This document shows, one piece after another, positions 42,809-54,100 of a DNA stretch of 64,000 bases (position 1 is the first letter of the stretch; each line of letters starts with the position of its first letter). Where the stretch lies: contig CAWJRJ010000021.1 in NCBI GenBank assembly GCA_963845245.1, positions 1 through 64,000 on the forward strand, given 5' to 3'. The notes under the pieces were generated by a model that saw only the letters and a program-made list of their open reading frames with translations, was not told where the DNA came from and did no database searches. The stretch is from Nitrospirota bacterium. Its GTDB lineage: Bacteria; Nitrospirota; JACRHJ01. Position numbers and translations under genes: made by a program.

Positions 42809-44055
42809 ATGAGCGAGTTTATGGTTGAGCCTGATTTAAACTTTATCAAGGGCTTGACGGCCTCCGGGGCCGATAGCGTCAAGAAGTGCTACCAGTGCGC
42901 CACCTGCTCAGTCGTCTGCAACATTGCGCCGGAGGGCACGCCCTTCCCGCGCAAGGAGATGGTCTGGGCGCAGTGGGGCCTGAAGGACAAGCTTGCGGCG
43001 GACGCCGACGTCTGGCTGTGCCACAACTGCGGCGACTGCACGACCCACTGCCCGAGGGGCGCAAAGCCCGCCGAGGTGCTGGGCACACTCAGGAAGGCGA
43101 CCATCGAGAAGTACGCGATGATCAAGCCCCTGGCTGCCATGGGCAACAACTTCGTCGCGCAGATAATAGTGGCGGCCATCGTGATATGCGGGCCTGCTCG
43201 CGCTTTCCGGGCACCGAACATCTTCGCCAACTACCACGAGAGTCGGCGAAAGACGGGAAGTTGAACATAATATTCAACAACTTCATCCCGACACACAACG
43301 TGGATGCGTTGTTCACGCCGCTCTTCCTGCTGGGCGTGCTGACGGCCGGGTACGGCATATCGAAGTTCTGGAACGACATCTGCGACAACGCGGGCCTGGG
43401 CAGGCTCACAGGGCGCAACGCGCTCCCGAGCATCGTCCCGACGCTGGTGCAGATAATAAAGCATGACGTGTTCGCCAACTGCGGCGTGAACAAGGACAGG
43501 AAGACCCCGCACCTGCTCGCGCTTTTCAGCTTCATAGCGCTGTTCGCCACGACCAACTGGGCCGTCTTCTACCTGTACGTCCTGGGCTGGAAGCCGGGCT
43601 CATACTCGTCGCTTGCCAACCCGCTGAAGTGGCTCGGCAACATCGGCGCGGTAATGCTGATAGTCGGCGCCATCTGGCTGATCAAGAACCGCAAGGCCAA
43701 GGAAGACAAGCAGACGAGCTCCAGCTTCGACTGGAACCTCCTCTACCTCATCCTGCTCATCGGCATAACCGGCTTCGTGGCGGAGCTGTTCAGGCTCGCG
43801 GGCGCATACGCCCCGGCGCAGGTGACGTACGTGCTGCACCTCATCTTCATCGCGCAGCTCTTCATCTTCGCCCCGTACTCGAAGCTTGCGCACCTGTTCT
43901 ACAGGACGACCGCGATGGTGTTCGCAACACACACCGGGCGCAAACTCGTTACCGCTCCTTACGCGGCCCCGGCAGCACCTGCCGCTGAAGTCAGCCGAGA
44001 CGGAAGCAGCGTAAGCGTATCAGCAAAATTAGGGTTGATTAACCCTGAAAATTAA
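42809..44055 (+). CDS. qmoC: QmoC (HdrC-like Fe-S domain plus membrane heme b domain), frameshifted; exact stop uncertain
   Basis: CYQCATCSVVC, FPRKEMVWAQWG, CHNCGDC...CPRG, PYSKLAHLFYR. Confidence 0.92.
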
Positions 44056-44064
44056 ATGATAATG

Positions 44065-44093
44065 AGGGAAGGCCAAACGGCCTTCCCTTTTTT
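44065..44093 (+). terminator. Terminator after qmoC (near-duplicate at 44701-44725)
   Basis: AGGGAAGGCC-AAAC-GGCCTTCCCTTTTTT. Confidence 0.8.
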
Positions 44094-44135
44094 GTTTGGC
44101 CCGGATATATTTAAAGTATAACCGTGAGACTTTCC

Positions 44136-44696
44136 ATGAAGCTGGACACAGTAATCTCAATAATCCTCCTTTCCGCTTTCATCCTCGCCGCATGTAGTTC
44201 CTCCGACAAGCAGGCCGACCTTATAAAGGCCGCAGGCAGGGGAGACGCGAAGGCCGTCGCCTCGATGCTCCAGGCTGGCGCTGACATAAACGCCAAGAGC
44301 AATACCGGTATGACGCCGCTGATGAGCGCCGCAACAAGCGGCAGGCTGGAGACGGTGCGGCTGTTGCTTGACAAGGGGGCCGACCCCAATGCAGCGGACA
44401 TGCAGGGCGTGACGGCCCTGATGCTTGCCGCAAGCGCGGGCCAGGCGGACGTTGTACGTGCGTTGATTGACAAGGGGGCGCAAGTGAACGCGAAGAACAA
44501 CTACGGCCTGACGGCCCTCCACAACGCTGCATACAGCGGCTCAAAGGATGTTGTGCTGGTCCTGCTGGAAAAGGGCGCGGATATCTACGCGGGGAACATC
44601 GAGGGCAGGAAGCCGGTGGACATCGCGAAGGACAGGGGCAACATGGAAGTCGTGAGGATTCTGCAAGACGCGGCAGGGAAGAGGACCATTAAATAA
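44136..44696 (+). CDS. Ankyrin-repeat lipoprotein
   Basis: Lipobox LAAC; 4-5 repeats G.TPL..AA..G....V..LL..GAD.N. Confidence 0.9.
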   Translation: MKLDTVISIILLSAFILAACSSSDKQADLIKAAGRGDAKAVASMLQAGADINAKSNTGMTPLMSAATSGRLETVRLLLDKGADPNAADMQGVTALMLAASAGQADVVRALIDKGAQVNAKNNYGLTALHNAAYSGSKDVVLVLLEKGADIYAGNIEGRKPVDIAKDRGNMEVVRILQDAAGKRTIK

Positions 44697-44726
44697 AAAA
44701 GGGAAGACCAAGCGGCCTTCCCTTTT
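44697..44726. terminator. Bidirectional terminator after the ankyrin gene
   Basis: AAAAGGGAAGACC-AAGC-GGCCTTCCCTTTT. Confidence 0.7.
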
Positions 44727-44749
44727 ACATAAATTTTGAAGCTGTCGAG

Positions 44750-44986
44750 CTACTTGCCTTTTACGTTCTGGTGCGCCTGGGCCATCTTCTGTATGATGGG
44801 CACCGCAAGCGTTGTTACTTCCTGCGGCACGTTCTCGCCTAGCACCCAGTAAAGCGCCGTAAGGTATGTCGCCTGACGGGCGACGACGAAGAACTCCTCC
44901 GGGGTAACATCCGGGTTGTTCGTAAAGTCCTTCAGTGCCTGCAGGCTGTTCTGAATCTTATCCCTGATCTCTGCTTCTGTCCTCAT
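44750..44986 (-). CDS. Small hypothetical protein
   Basis: RBS AAGGAG, MRTEAEI...ALYWVLGE. Confidence 0.6.
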   Translation of the reverse strand: MRTEAEIRDKIQNSLQALKDFTNNPDVTPEEFFVVARQATYLTALYWVLGENVPQEVTTLAVPIIQKMAQAHQNVKGK

Positions 44987-45081
44987 CTGTACTCTCCTTT
45001 ATAATATCAATGTAGTCTTTTATTTCTTGTGAATAAAAGCACGTCATTATAACAAAGGGAGCGCGCGTTATCAAGGGTTTA

Positions 45082-46533
45082 TCAGAGAAGGTCGATATTT
45101 CCCTCTACCTCGCCCATATCGAATACCGGGAGCTTCGGCGCGTCCTTGCCCAAAAGACCGTCGATCGTGGCCTGCGGAGCGCTACGGTACCTCACCTCCG
45201 CATGGTAAAACAGCGGCCCTGCGGCGTCTGCCGGGATGTCGAAGCTGTACTCGGCTATGTCGTATCCCTTGGGCCTGATGCGCCTGTCAGCGATGACCTG
45301 TGTAGCCTCCGGGAGGAAGGTTGTCGCATCGGGTTTGTCGCCGGACTTGCCGAGCACCGAGCGATAGACCACGGCTGCCGGGTCGATCTCGCCCTTGTCG
45401 TCCAGCGCGCCGGAGCGGTATACGAGCCTGCCCTTGCTGTCCCGGACTGTCACGTCAAGCCACATCTGCCGCACGTAGGTGAGCCCTGTCGGCAGATAAT
45501 GGCCTGCGCCCGAGTTTATAACCTTTATAGGCATGCGGTAGATACCGCCTTTGGCCGCCTTCTTCTCGCCCATGAACTCCACGGTGCATGCGTGACCGAG
45601 CCTGTCTTCAGCCATCTTCTCGTGTGGGTGGTAGCCCAGAAGCGCGGTTACGGCAAGGTTGCCTCCGACGAAGTTGTGTTGCCAGATATGCTTCCTCTGC
45701 TTGCCGCCCATCGCCTCTGGCGCGGCATAGCCAGGTATGTCAGGCCTTGGCGTGCTTCCGGTCGCCGGGTACTCCGGCGTCTGTCGCATGTGGCAGTCCT
45801 GGCATGTTACGGTTGTCGCCGGGTCCCCGGTATTGTACGGGCCGGTGCGCCACTCCGAGTAAGTATTCTCTATGGCCATTATGTTGTGCGCGTGGTTCAC
45901 GTCGTGGCACATCCCGCACAGCTCCGAACGGGTATGAAGCTCGGACTGTTCTGTGGCATGGAATGGTGATACCGCGTCCTTGAACGGGCCGTACTTCGTG
46001 CCGGGGTCTGAATTTGCGGCGTCGCCCGGCTTCTCGATAAACGCGCCGTTTCCAATTCCCGCCGACTGTGCTACCGAATGGCAGAAGTCGCAGGATACGC
46101 CCGTGGCTGCTACGCCCTCAAGCTTGTCCGTGTACCGGGCCTGGTCGTCCGCCAGGTAGCCCATGGGTGTATGGCAGCGGGAACACATTGCGACCTCGGA
46201 CTTCTCGTGGTCGTTTCCGGCTTCCTTTACGTATTTGAGATAGACGGCCTTGAACACCGGGTCGGTCCAGGCGTTAGCCATCATAGAGCCCTTCCACTGG
46301 TTGAATATGTCGGCGTGACATCCGGAACAGACATCGGGCGAGTAGAAGTTACCGGCCTTGTGCGAGCCGGGCATGTCGGGCACCGTCCAGACCATGTTCG
46401 AAGGCGCGGTCGCCTTCGGCAATACCCATATGGGAGAGGCCTTGGGGTGCTCCTTTGTCCATGCGGAGTAATCCGCCGCAAAGGCGTATACCGGTAATAG
46501 TAATATGGCGGCGACAGATAATAATATCTTCAT
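45082..46533 (-). CDS. Periplasmic pentaheme c-type cytochrome (c554/c552-like) with C-terminal beta domain
   Basis: Signal peptide; CSGCH, CSRCH, CDFCH, CGMCH, CQDCH; GAGHYLPTG. Confidence 0.88.
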   Translation of the reverse strand: MKILLSVAAILLLPVYAFAADYSAWTKEHPKASPIWVLPKATAPSNMVWTVPDMPGSHKAGNFYSPDVCSGCHADIFNQWKGSMMANAWTDPVFKAVYLKYVKEAGNDHEKSEVAMCSRCHTPMGYLADDQARYTDKLEGVAATGVSCDFCHSVAQSAGIGNGAFIEKPGDAANSDPGTKYGPFKDAVSPFHATEQSELHTRSELCGMCHDVNHAHNIMAIENTYSEWRTGPYNTGDPATTVTCQDCHMRQTPEYPATGSTPRPDIPGYAAPEAMGGKQRKHIWQHNFVGGNLAVTALLGYHPHEKMAEDRLGHACTVEFMGEKKAAKGGIYRMPIKVINSGAGHYLPTGLTYVRQMWLDVTVRDSKGRLVYRSGALDDKGEIDPAAVVYRSVLGKSGDKPDATTFLPEATQVIADRRIRPKGYDIAEYSFDIPADAAGPLFYHAEVRYRSAPQATIDGLLGKDAPKLPVFDMGEVEGNIDLL

Positions 46534-46674
46534 ATAAGACCCTCCGGTAGTCATTGATGTTGCTTAAAAATATAGATGCCCGGTGGGCTGCTGTCAAGGC
46601 AACTTGATGAAATATAGGCATTTGCTGGTAGGTTTTGATAGAATTGAGTTAGGATAAGACCTGAAAGGAGTGCC

Positions 46675-47523
46675 ATGTCGTTAAGCCGCGCCATGCTCTA
46701 CCCAGTCGCCAGAAGGTTCTTTGCAGGGGTGAAGCTTGAGCCTGCGCTGGAGCGCATTAGGGAGGACAACGCCCTTGGGATCGGCGCCACGGTTGATTTC
46801 CTCGGGGAGGATGTTTCTAATGCGAGCGAGGCGGAAATGGCCAAGGCGGAATACAGGCGCGCCGTGGAGGCGATTGCGTTCGAGGCGCTGGACGCGTCTG
46901 TCGCCATCAAACTGACGCACATCGGCCTTGACATAAGCCGCATTTTGGCGGAAAATAACGCCTTGGAAATCGCCGCCGCCGCGATAGAGAGGGGCGTCTT
47001 CCTCTGGGTGGACATGGAAGGCTCGGAGCACACCGACAGCACTATTTCAATCTACAGGAAGTTGATGTCGAAGGGCGTCCCGGCCGGTATAGCGCTTCAG
47101 GCAAGCCTCAAGAGGACCTGGGACGACGTCAAAGCCCTCACGGCTGATGGGGCGAGGATAAGGCTTGTGAAGGGCGCATATAACGAGCCTCCCGAGATCG
47201 CCTTGCAGGATATGGAGGCGATAAGGGCGCGTTTTATCGACATTGCCCGTTACCTTCTTGACACCGGCTCGGCTTTTGCCATAGGCACGCACGACCTGTC
47301 GATAATAGACAATGTTCGGAAAATGACAGGCGGTGCGGACAGGGTCGAGTACCAGATGTTGATGGGCCTCAGAGACAGTACGAAGAAGAAGCTCGTCAAG
47401 GATGGGCTCCGGGTTGTGGAGTATGTACCGTACGGCGCCGACTGGTACGGCTACGGTATAAGGCGTCTGACCGAGAAGAAAAGGAATACGCTCTACTTTA
47501 TCCAGGGATTCATGGGAAGGTAA
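46675..47523 (+). CDS. Monofunctional proline dehydrogenase family protein
   Basis: DFLGE, AIKLTHIG, WVDME, RLVKGAY.E, IGTHD, EYQMLMG, YVPYG..WY.Y..RRL.E. Confidence 0.9.
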   Translation: MSLSRAMLYPVARRFFAGVKLEPALERIREDNALGIGATVDFLGEDVSNASEAEMAKAEYRRAVEAIAFEALDASVAIKLTHIGLDISRILAENNALEIAAAAIERGVFLWVDMEGSEHTDSTISIYRKLMSKGVPAGIALQASLKRTWDDVKALTADGARIRLVKGAYNEPPEIALQDMEAIRARFIDIARYLLDTGSAFAIGTHDLSIIDNVRKMTGGADRVEYQMLMGLRDSTKKKLVKDGLRVVEYVPYGADWYGYGIRRLTEKKRNTLYFIQGFMGR

Positions 47524-47525
47524 CA

Positions 47526-47792
47526 ATGGCTGAATTATACAGTGTAAGTCTGCTTCTAATAAAGGTATGCGGTCCTTTTGCGGTCCTCTGTCTCATGCTG
47601 ATGTTCTCATTTCTGGTTTATACCACAAAAAAGGTCCCCAAGCCCGGTCAGGTGATATACCTCTATGCCAGGTATCACCTTGAGAGAAAGAAGCACGCGG
47701 GTATATTGACCTACCTTTTCGTCGGATGCTCGATATTCTTCATTCTCTCCTTGATGGGCCTAATAATCGGGCTGCTTTTCCACGCCGCTTAA
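47526..47792 (+). CDS. Small two-TM membrane protein
   Basis: Two hydrophobic helices; starts 2 nt after the previous stop. Confidence 0.55.
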   Translation: MAELYSVSLLLIKVCGPFAVLCLMLMFSFLVYTTKKVPKPGQVIYLYARYHLERKKHAGILTYLFVGCSIFFILSLMGLIIGLLFHAA

Positions 47793-47880
47793 AGAGTACT
47801 CCCCCCAAATAAAACTTGAAAAGACCCTGCCATTAGGATAAAATACTTAGGGCTGTAATGCCCTAATTTTAAAACGGAAT

Positions 47881-50800
47881 TTGGCAGAAAACCAGATGTC
47901 GCAAAACACAAGGGAAGATGCGCCTGCTGGCAGGAAGGCCCTTGAGCTTGATGGACTGACCCCTGAAGCCCTCTATCGTGAGGGTTCGCAGTACTTCAAG
48001 GCAAGGGACTACGACTCCGCCCGCGACTGCTTAGAGCTATACGCTATACAAAGGCCGGATGATGCCGCAGGGCAGCACTTTCTGGCGAGGGTATGCTACC
48101 ACCAGAACAAGGACTTCGGCCACGCTGAGGAATGCATCAAGCGGGCGATAGAGCTCGACCCGGCCTCCGAGACGCGCTACCTTGAAACCCTGGGCACCAT
48201 ATATGTACATCTAGAAGATTATGCGCGGGCGGAAGAGGTATTCGCCTATGCGCTCTCGGCCGATAGGAAAGATAACCCCAAGCACACCTACTCCCTTGAG
48301 TTCTACTTAAACCTGGTACGGAAGAAACACAAAGGCACAAAACCGCAGCGTAAGACTGAGGTGCCGGTATTCATAAAGACCGGCGTGGACAGGTGGCATG
48401 AGAGAAACCGCCAGCCGTTGTTTCTTATCCCGTCCATTGTAGTACACCTCCTGGCACTTCTGTTCGTCTGGTTTATCTCTTCTCACGACTTCAACATCAA
48501 GGAGACAAAGGAAGACTTTACCTATGTGGATGTTGAAAAGCCTGCCGAGCCCGAGCCTCGCGAGCAGGTTGCTGCCAGTGAACAGGAAGAACCTGGACAG
48601 ACAGCCAATGAGACCTCACCTGAAGAGCAGGCCAAACCCGCACCCGCCGTCCCAAGGAAGGATGTCCAGGCAGCGGACTTGAGCAAGGAGCCAAGCAAGG
48701 CGGCCACCGCAAGCCCCTCCGCGAAGGCGCAGGCCGAGTCAGGCCGGAAGCAGATGGTCGGTCAGAAGTCCATGGCAGGTGTAAAGTCCGGCGGACCTGC
48801 CGACAGCGCTTCCATTAAAGGTATAACTTCAGAAAAAACGGTCGACCTCAAGAGCCGGGCCGTAACCGCATATCAAGCCGACGTCGATTTTGCGAAAAAG
48901 GGTATGGGCGAGGCCTCGCAGTCCAAAGGCAAGGCGGGGGCCAAAGAGGCCGTGGCCGGGCGCAGTTCCGAGCGACAGGCTGCAGCTCCCGCGGGCGGTG
49001 GGGAGGGCATATTCCTTGGTGACAGGGGCCAGTCGGACGGTTCGAAATGGTCCAAGGAGAAAACTGGTGCCCTTAAGGCTGGAAGTCCTGATTCGGCTGA
49101 ACCCGGTGTCGCAATGAAGTCAACTGAGAAGAGCCTTGCCGTCGGCAAGGCGGGAAAAAGGCTTATGGCTTCAAAGGATGAACCGGGCAGTTTCAAGCCA
49201 ATGCCGCTGGGCATGGAAGGGCTGGGACATAAGTCTGATACAAGGTCTGGAGGCCAGGGGACTGTGGGTGGCATAGAGAAAGGCGCATCATCTGCAACGG
49301 CGCGCGGTGGCCAGGGCCTTAATGTCGGCCGTGAGCGTACGGACAGCGTTTCGCCTTCCGGCAAGGTGAAGGGTATCCTGGGCGTCCCAGTCGCTTCTCA
49401 ACAGGAAGCGGGTCCGGGATCGCTAGGCAGCGAGAGGAAGCCGGACCTCGGCTCAAAGGCGGGCATAAGAAAATTTGTTTCCGCAGAACCCATTCCTGGA
49501 AAGAAGGGGCTGAATTTAGCCGGCCAGACCGGCCAGGGCGGCGCACAGGGCCGTCAGGGTAGAGGACGCGAGGGCGCACCCGCAGATGTGGAACGGGGAC
49601 AGTCCGCTGCGCCGCAGGGTGCCGCTGGGATGCAGAACGCCAGACCTGGATCCGAAGGTGGCAGGACAGGGGCGGTTGGCGGCAAGTCCGCTGCTGCGCG
49701 CTCAATGGCCTCTGGCGGACAAGATACCGGCGGAGAAGGCTTCTTTGAATCGGCCGCCAAGAAGATGACTGCCGCTCTGGGATTTGGCGGCAGAGGCACG
49801 AAACCTGGAGGAGCCCCATCGGAGGCAGACCTCAGAAGGCCGAGGAGTCTCTCCGGCATCGGAGGCAGAACTGGCCCGGGCTCAGCCTCGGGCACTGGCG
49901 GTGCAAGTTCCGGCAGGGGCCAGGGGCTTAGGATCGGCGGCGGTGAAAAGGCCGGGGCTGGGCTGGCTGCTCCATCCGTGGCAGGCGGCACCGGGCAGCA
50001 GAGCGCAGGCTCGTCCGTTTACGGCTCAAAGAAGATGTCCGAGGACTCGCTTTGGGAGCCGGGCGGCGGGCAGGATCGCCTCAAGTCCGCCGGAAGAGGC
50101 GAGGCGCGGCCGGGCGGAACTGAAAAACAATCTGGAGTATCAAGGTCCGGCAGGACAGTTGCCAAAAACACGCTGGGCCCCTCAGTCACTATTACGTCGC
50201 CGAGGCCGGGCAGGACTAACAGGCTCTCCCAGGTGATAACCGGTACGGTCTCGGACTCCCGTGCCAGGAAGGCCACAATAACCGTAAACAACGAAGCAAA
50301 GGTCATATCGGTAGAGAGAGGTTCATTTGAAGCGGTCGTTGCCCTTTCGAAAGGGAGGAATACCGTTACCGTCATGGCTTTCGATATGGAAGGGAACGTT
50401 GGGAAGGATAGCATAACGCTTGACTATTCCGAGTCGTCCGAAGGCCCGCCAGTCAATATAATATCGCCCAGGGACGGACAGGTTTTCGATGTCAGCGAAC
50501 GGAGCGTGGTGAACGTAAAAGGCACGGTGTGCGACCAGGAGATCAAGAAGGCGAAACTTATATTCAACGGCAATCCCATGGATATAACGGTGAACAGGGG
50601 CTTCTTCGACCAGAAGGTGGCCCTGGTGGAGGAGCAGAATACCGTGTTGGTGGAGGCCGTCTCCGCTAACGGCGTGGTTTCAAGGAGCAAACAGATAAGC
50701 ATAGGCACAGTGAATGTGAAGCCCAAGGACATTATGCTGATCCTGACCTGGGACAAACCTCATGCGGACCTTGACCTGCACCTCTACGGACCACTGGGTG

Positions 50801-51135
50801 GACATATCTCATATAAAACGCCAAACATCTATGAATCGAAAGAGGCTATTGCCGGAGCCCAGCTTGAGCAGGATGCCAAAGGGAACTATGGCCCGGAAGT
50901 TATTACTCAGGACAGGGCGGACAAGGGTGTTTATACCGTGAAATCAAACTACTTTTACAGCGGTGGCGACGGAAACGCGAATGCGACCGTCACTGTGGTA
51001 TTGTACGGCGACAACCCATCCCGGAGGATAGTGAGGGTGTTCGGCCCGCACCTTCAGGTGGACACGAAGAGCGGAGAAGATATCTGGGATGTGACGAAGT
51101 TCAAGATGCCGGAAGGAATTTTCCTGGAGGAATAG
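47881..51135 (+). CDS. Large membrane-anchored protein: N-terminal TPR, TonB/TolA-like TM, low-complexity linker, two Ig-like domains, YfaP/DUF2135-like C-terminus
   Basis: TPRs aa ~25-145; SIVVHLLALLFVWFIS; G/S/A/K-rich linker; P.V.I.SP..G Ig starts; LTWD...DLDLH...P.G...YGPEVI. Confidence 0.75.
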   Translation: MAENQMSQNTREDAPAGRKALELDGLTPEALYREGSQYFKARDYDSARDCLELYAIQRPDDAAGQHFLARVCYHQNKDFGHAEECIKRAIELDPASETRYLETLGTIYVHLEDYARAEEVFAYALSADRKDNPKHTYSLEFYLNLVRKKHKGTKPQRKTEVPVFIKTGVDRWHERNRQPLFLIPSIVVHLLALLFVWFISSHDFNIKETKEDFTYVDVEKPAEPEPREQVAASEQEEPGQTANETSPEEQAKPAPAVPRKDVQAADLSKEPSKAATASPSAKAQAESGRKQMVGQKSMAGVKSGGPADSASIKGITSEKTVDLKSRAVTAYQADVDFAKKGMGEASQSKGKAGAKEAVAGRSSERQAAAPAGGGEGIFLGDRGQSDGSKWSKEKTGALKAGSPDSAEPGVAMKSTEKSLAVGKAGKRLMASKDEPGSFKPMPLGMEGLGHKSDTRSGGQGTVGGIEKGASSATARGGQGLNVGRERTDSVSPSGKVKGILGVPVASQQEAGPGSLGSERKPDLGSKAGIRKFVSAEPIPGKKGLNLAGQTGQGGAQGRQGRGREGAPADVERGQSAAPQGAAGMQNARPGSEGGRTGAVGGKSAAARSMASGGQDTGGEGFFESAAKKMTAALGFGGRGTKPGGAPSEADLRRPRSLSGIGGRTGPGSASGTGGASSGRGQGLRIGGGEKAGAGLAAPSVAGGTGQQSAGSSVYGSKKMSEDSLWEPGGGQDRLKSAGRGEARPGGTEKQSGVSRSGRTVAKNTLGPSVTITSPRPGRTNRLSQVITGTVSDSRARKATITVNNEAKVISVERGSFEAVVALSKGRNTVTVMAFDMEGNVGKDSITLDYSESSEGPPVNIISPRDGQVFDVSERSVVNVKGTVCDQEIKKAKLIFNGNPMDITVNRGFFDQKVALVEEQNTVLVEAVSANGVVSRSKQISIGTVNVKPKDIMLILTWDKPHADLDLHLYGPLGGHISYKTPNIYESKEAIAGAQLEQDAKGNYGPEVITQDRADKGVYTVKSNYFYSGGDGNANATVTVVLYGDNPSRRIVRVFGPHLQVDTKSGEDIWDVTKFKMPEGIFLEE

Positions 51136-51138
51136 GTT

Positions 51139-54100
51139 ATGAACAAGAGAGTTGTGATTTTGCTGGTGTTTGCTGCTACACTTTTATTTTTGCCCTGCAA
51201 ATCCAGGGCCGAGACACCTGATGAGATATTAAAGGTGGCAGTCCAGTTGTACCAGAACGCCGACTATGACCTGGCGGCAGACCAGTTCTCCAAATTCCTG
51301 GATATGTTCCCGACGGACGGGCGCGTGCCGGACGCACTGTATGGGCTGGGAGAGTCGGACTTCGCCAAGGGGTCTGTCAAGGAGGCGTTGGCCGCCTTCG
51401 AAAAGCTTGCCGCAGGATATCCTGGATCAGACAAACTTTCGGACGCGAAGCTCAGGGTCGGCGACTGCCAGTACCTGCTCAGAGACTATGTCAAGGCGGT
51501 GGAGGCATACCAGTCCTTTCTGGCAGCATACCCCGACAAGGACACAAGGGCAGACGCGCTCTTCATGATGGGCCACAGCTATGTAAAGCTCGGCAACTTC
51601 GAGAAAGCGGCGGCCGCGTTCTCCGAAGTGGAGAATAAGTACCCGGCGAGCCCTAAGGCAGTCGAAGCGGCATTCATGGCCGGTGAATCGTATGCGCAGC
51701 TGGGAGACTTCACGAAGGCGCGCGCGGCATACCAGTCCGTAGTGTCGAAGGAGCCGGGCGGCAAGTATGGCCAGAAGGCCGCGTTCAGGATTGCTGACAC
51801 AGCCTTCCTCGGCGGCAAGTATGAGGAGGCAAAGGCTGGACTCGATGGATTTCTCCAGAAATATCCGGACTCCGAGGACGCCCCTCTTGCCAGGATGGAG
51901 TTGGGCGACGCCTGGCTCAAGACCCGCGGTTTCGAAAACGCACTTATACACTATGACACGTTCATTAACAAATATCCAACAAGCGACCTTTTGCCGGAGG
52001 TGGAGTTCAGGGTTGCAGAAACGCTGTACCAGAAGCAGGAGTATGCGAAGGCCTCGGAAAAGTATCTTGGCCTGCTTTCGAAGTATCCTGATGCCGATGG
52101 GCGCGACAGGTATATGTATGGGCTGGGCTGGTCCAGTTTCAAGCTGGGCGACATGAAGTCATCGGCAGAGCAGTTCAGCCGCCTGGTCGAGACCTACCCG
52201 GAATCGACATATGTCGTCGGTTCTTTACTTAAGCTTGGTGAGATATATACACGCGACAAGAAATATACTGAGGCTGCAGACGCGTTCAAAAAGGTATTGG
52301 AAAAAACAAAGGACTCCGGCGAGCAAAAGACGGCCAGGTATGGTCTTGCCTGGGCTTATTACCAGGCGCATATGTTCAAGGAGGCCCAGGTACCGCTTGA
52401 AGAGTTCCTCGCCGCTTCGCCGACCGAGAGCGAGGCTCTTGATGCGAAGTACCTGTTGTCGCGCTGCAGGCTCTACCTCGGCGACTTCCTGCCTGCCATA
52501 TCGGGGTTCACAGAGATTGCTGACAAGTACAAGGAATCCCCGCTGGCCCAGGATGCGCTCATGGGACTTGGCGAGTCTTACGAGCGCCACGACGAGCTGT
52601 ACAAGGCGATAAGCGCATATCGCAGGCTTTTGAAGGACTACCCGGATTCGCCAAAGAAGGCCGAGGCCCTCTTCAATATCGGCCGGAACTATCTGGAACA
52701 TGAAAACTACGCCCAGGCCCTTGAGGGTTTCGACGGCCTGCTAACGCAGGTAAAAGAATCGGAATTCCACGAGCGAGCATACTTCGGGATCGCTGAGGCG
52801 TATTACGGTTCGAAGGACTACGCAAAGGCAAGGGACAATTACCTGGAATACATAAAGAGGTACCCGCAAGGCTCGCTAAGGGAGCAGGCGTTGTACGGGC
52901 TGGCCTGGTCTCAGATGAGCCTGAAGGAGTACAAGGACTCCTACGACAATTTCGGTAAACTGGCTGCGGATTTCAAGGACAGCCAGCTAGTCCCTGAGGC
53001 CGTACTCGAGATGGGGGAGGCACTTTATTCGCAGGAGAAGTACGAGGATGCGGCGAAGGCTTATACGGACGTGATAAACAGGTTCAAGGGTACCGAGCCG
53101 GCACGCAAGGCGGTTTACGTCCTCGCCTGGGCCAACCTCAAGCTCGGCAGGCTGGAAGATGCCTCGGGCGGGTTCAAGGCCTTCTCCGAAGGGAGTCCCA
53201 AGGACCCGCTTGCCGCCGAAGCCGATTATCAAAGGGCCCTTATACTGGTGCAGAAAAACGACCTGGACGGCGGCGCGGTTTTACTGCGCGCCGTTATTGA
53301 GAAACATGGATCAGAAGACGTCGGGACCCGTGCAAAGCTGCAGCTTTCAAAAGTCCTCACCGCCAAAGGCGATTCGGCCGGCGCGCAGGCGCTCATCGAC
53401 GACCTGAAGAAGGGCCAGTCAAGCCTGGCGCAGGATGCGGACTTTCAGGGGGGGCTGGTCAAATTCAACGGAGGCGATTTCAGCGGGTCTAAAAAGGCAT
53501 TCCAGGAATTCATGACGGCATACCCGAAGAGTTCTTATAACAACAGGGCAACCTATTTCCTCGCGCTCAGCCAGCTTAACCTGAAGGATTACGGCCCGGG
53601 TTCAGAGAACCTGGCAAAAGTAGCCGAAGGCCCTGACCAGGAGCTGAGGCCGGATGCTGTATACTGGCTTGCAGACTCACTCTACAACCAAGGTAGGTTT
53701 GCGGACGCATTAAACAACTATGACATGTTCATCTCGCAGTACCCGGATAACAAGTTGATGCCGGAGGCTGAGTACGGGCGGGCATGGGCGCTTGACAAAC
53801 TCGGCCGTACGGACGAAGCCAAGACCGCATTCAAGGCGCTTACCATCAAATACCCGGACGGACCCCATGCAGCGGACGCATGGTACAAGGTGGGAGAATA
53901 CGCATTCAAGGGCAAGGCATACGAAGAGGTTGTCACCGCCTTCGACAAGTACCTTTCCCTGAAGAAGACCGGCGCACTTGTAGCCGATGCGAGGTACCAG
54001 ATGGCCGTGGCCCAGGAGGAGCTTGGCAGGAGTGAAGACGCAGTCTTATCATATAAGGCGGTCGAGACGGCAGGCGGACCGTTGAAGGGTCCTTCGGCCA

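Noticed and set aside
35142..43988. Many long antisense and alternate-frame ORFs over sat/apr/qmo (also over nif and the TPR genes)
   Set aside because: Shadow ORFs caused by strong GC3 codon bias; no recognisable motifs or RBS.
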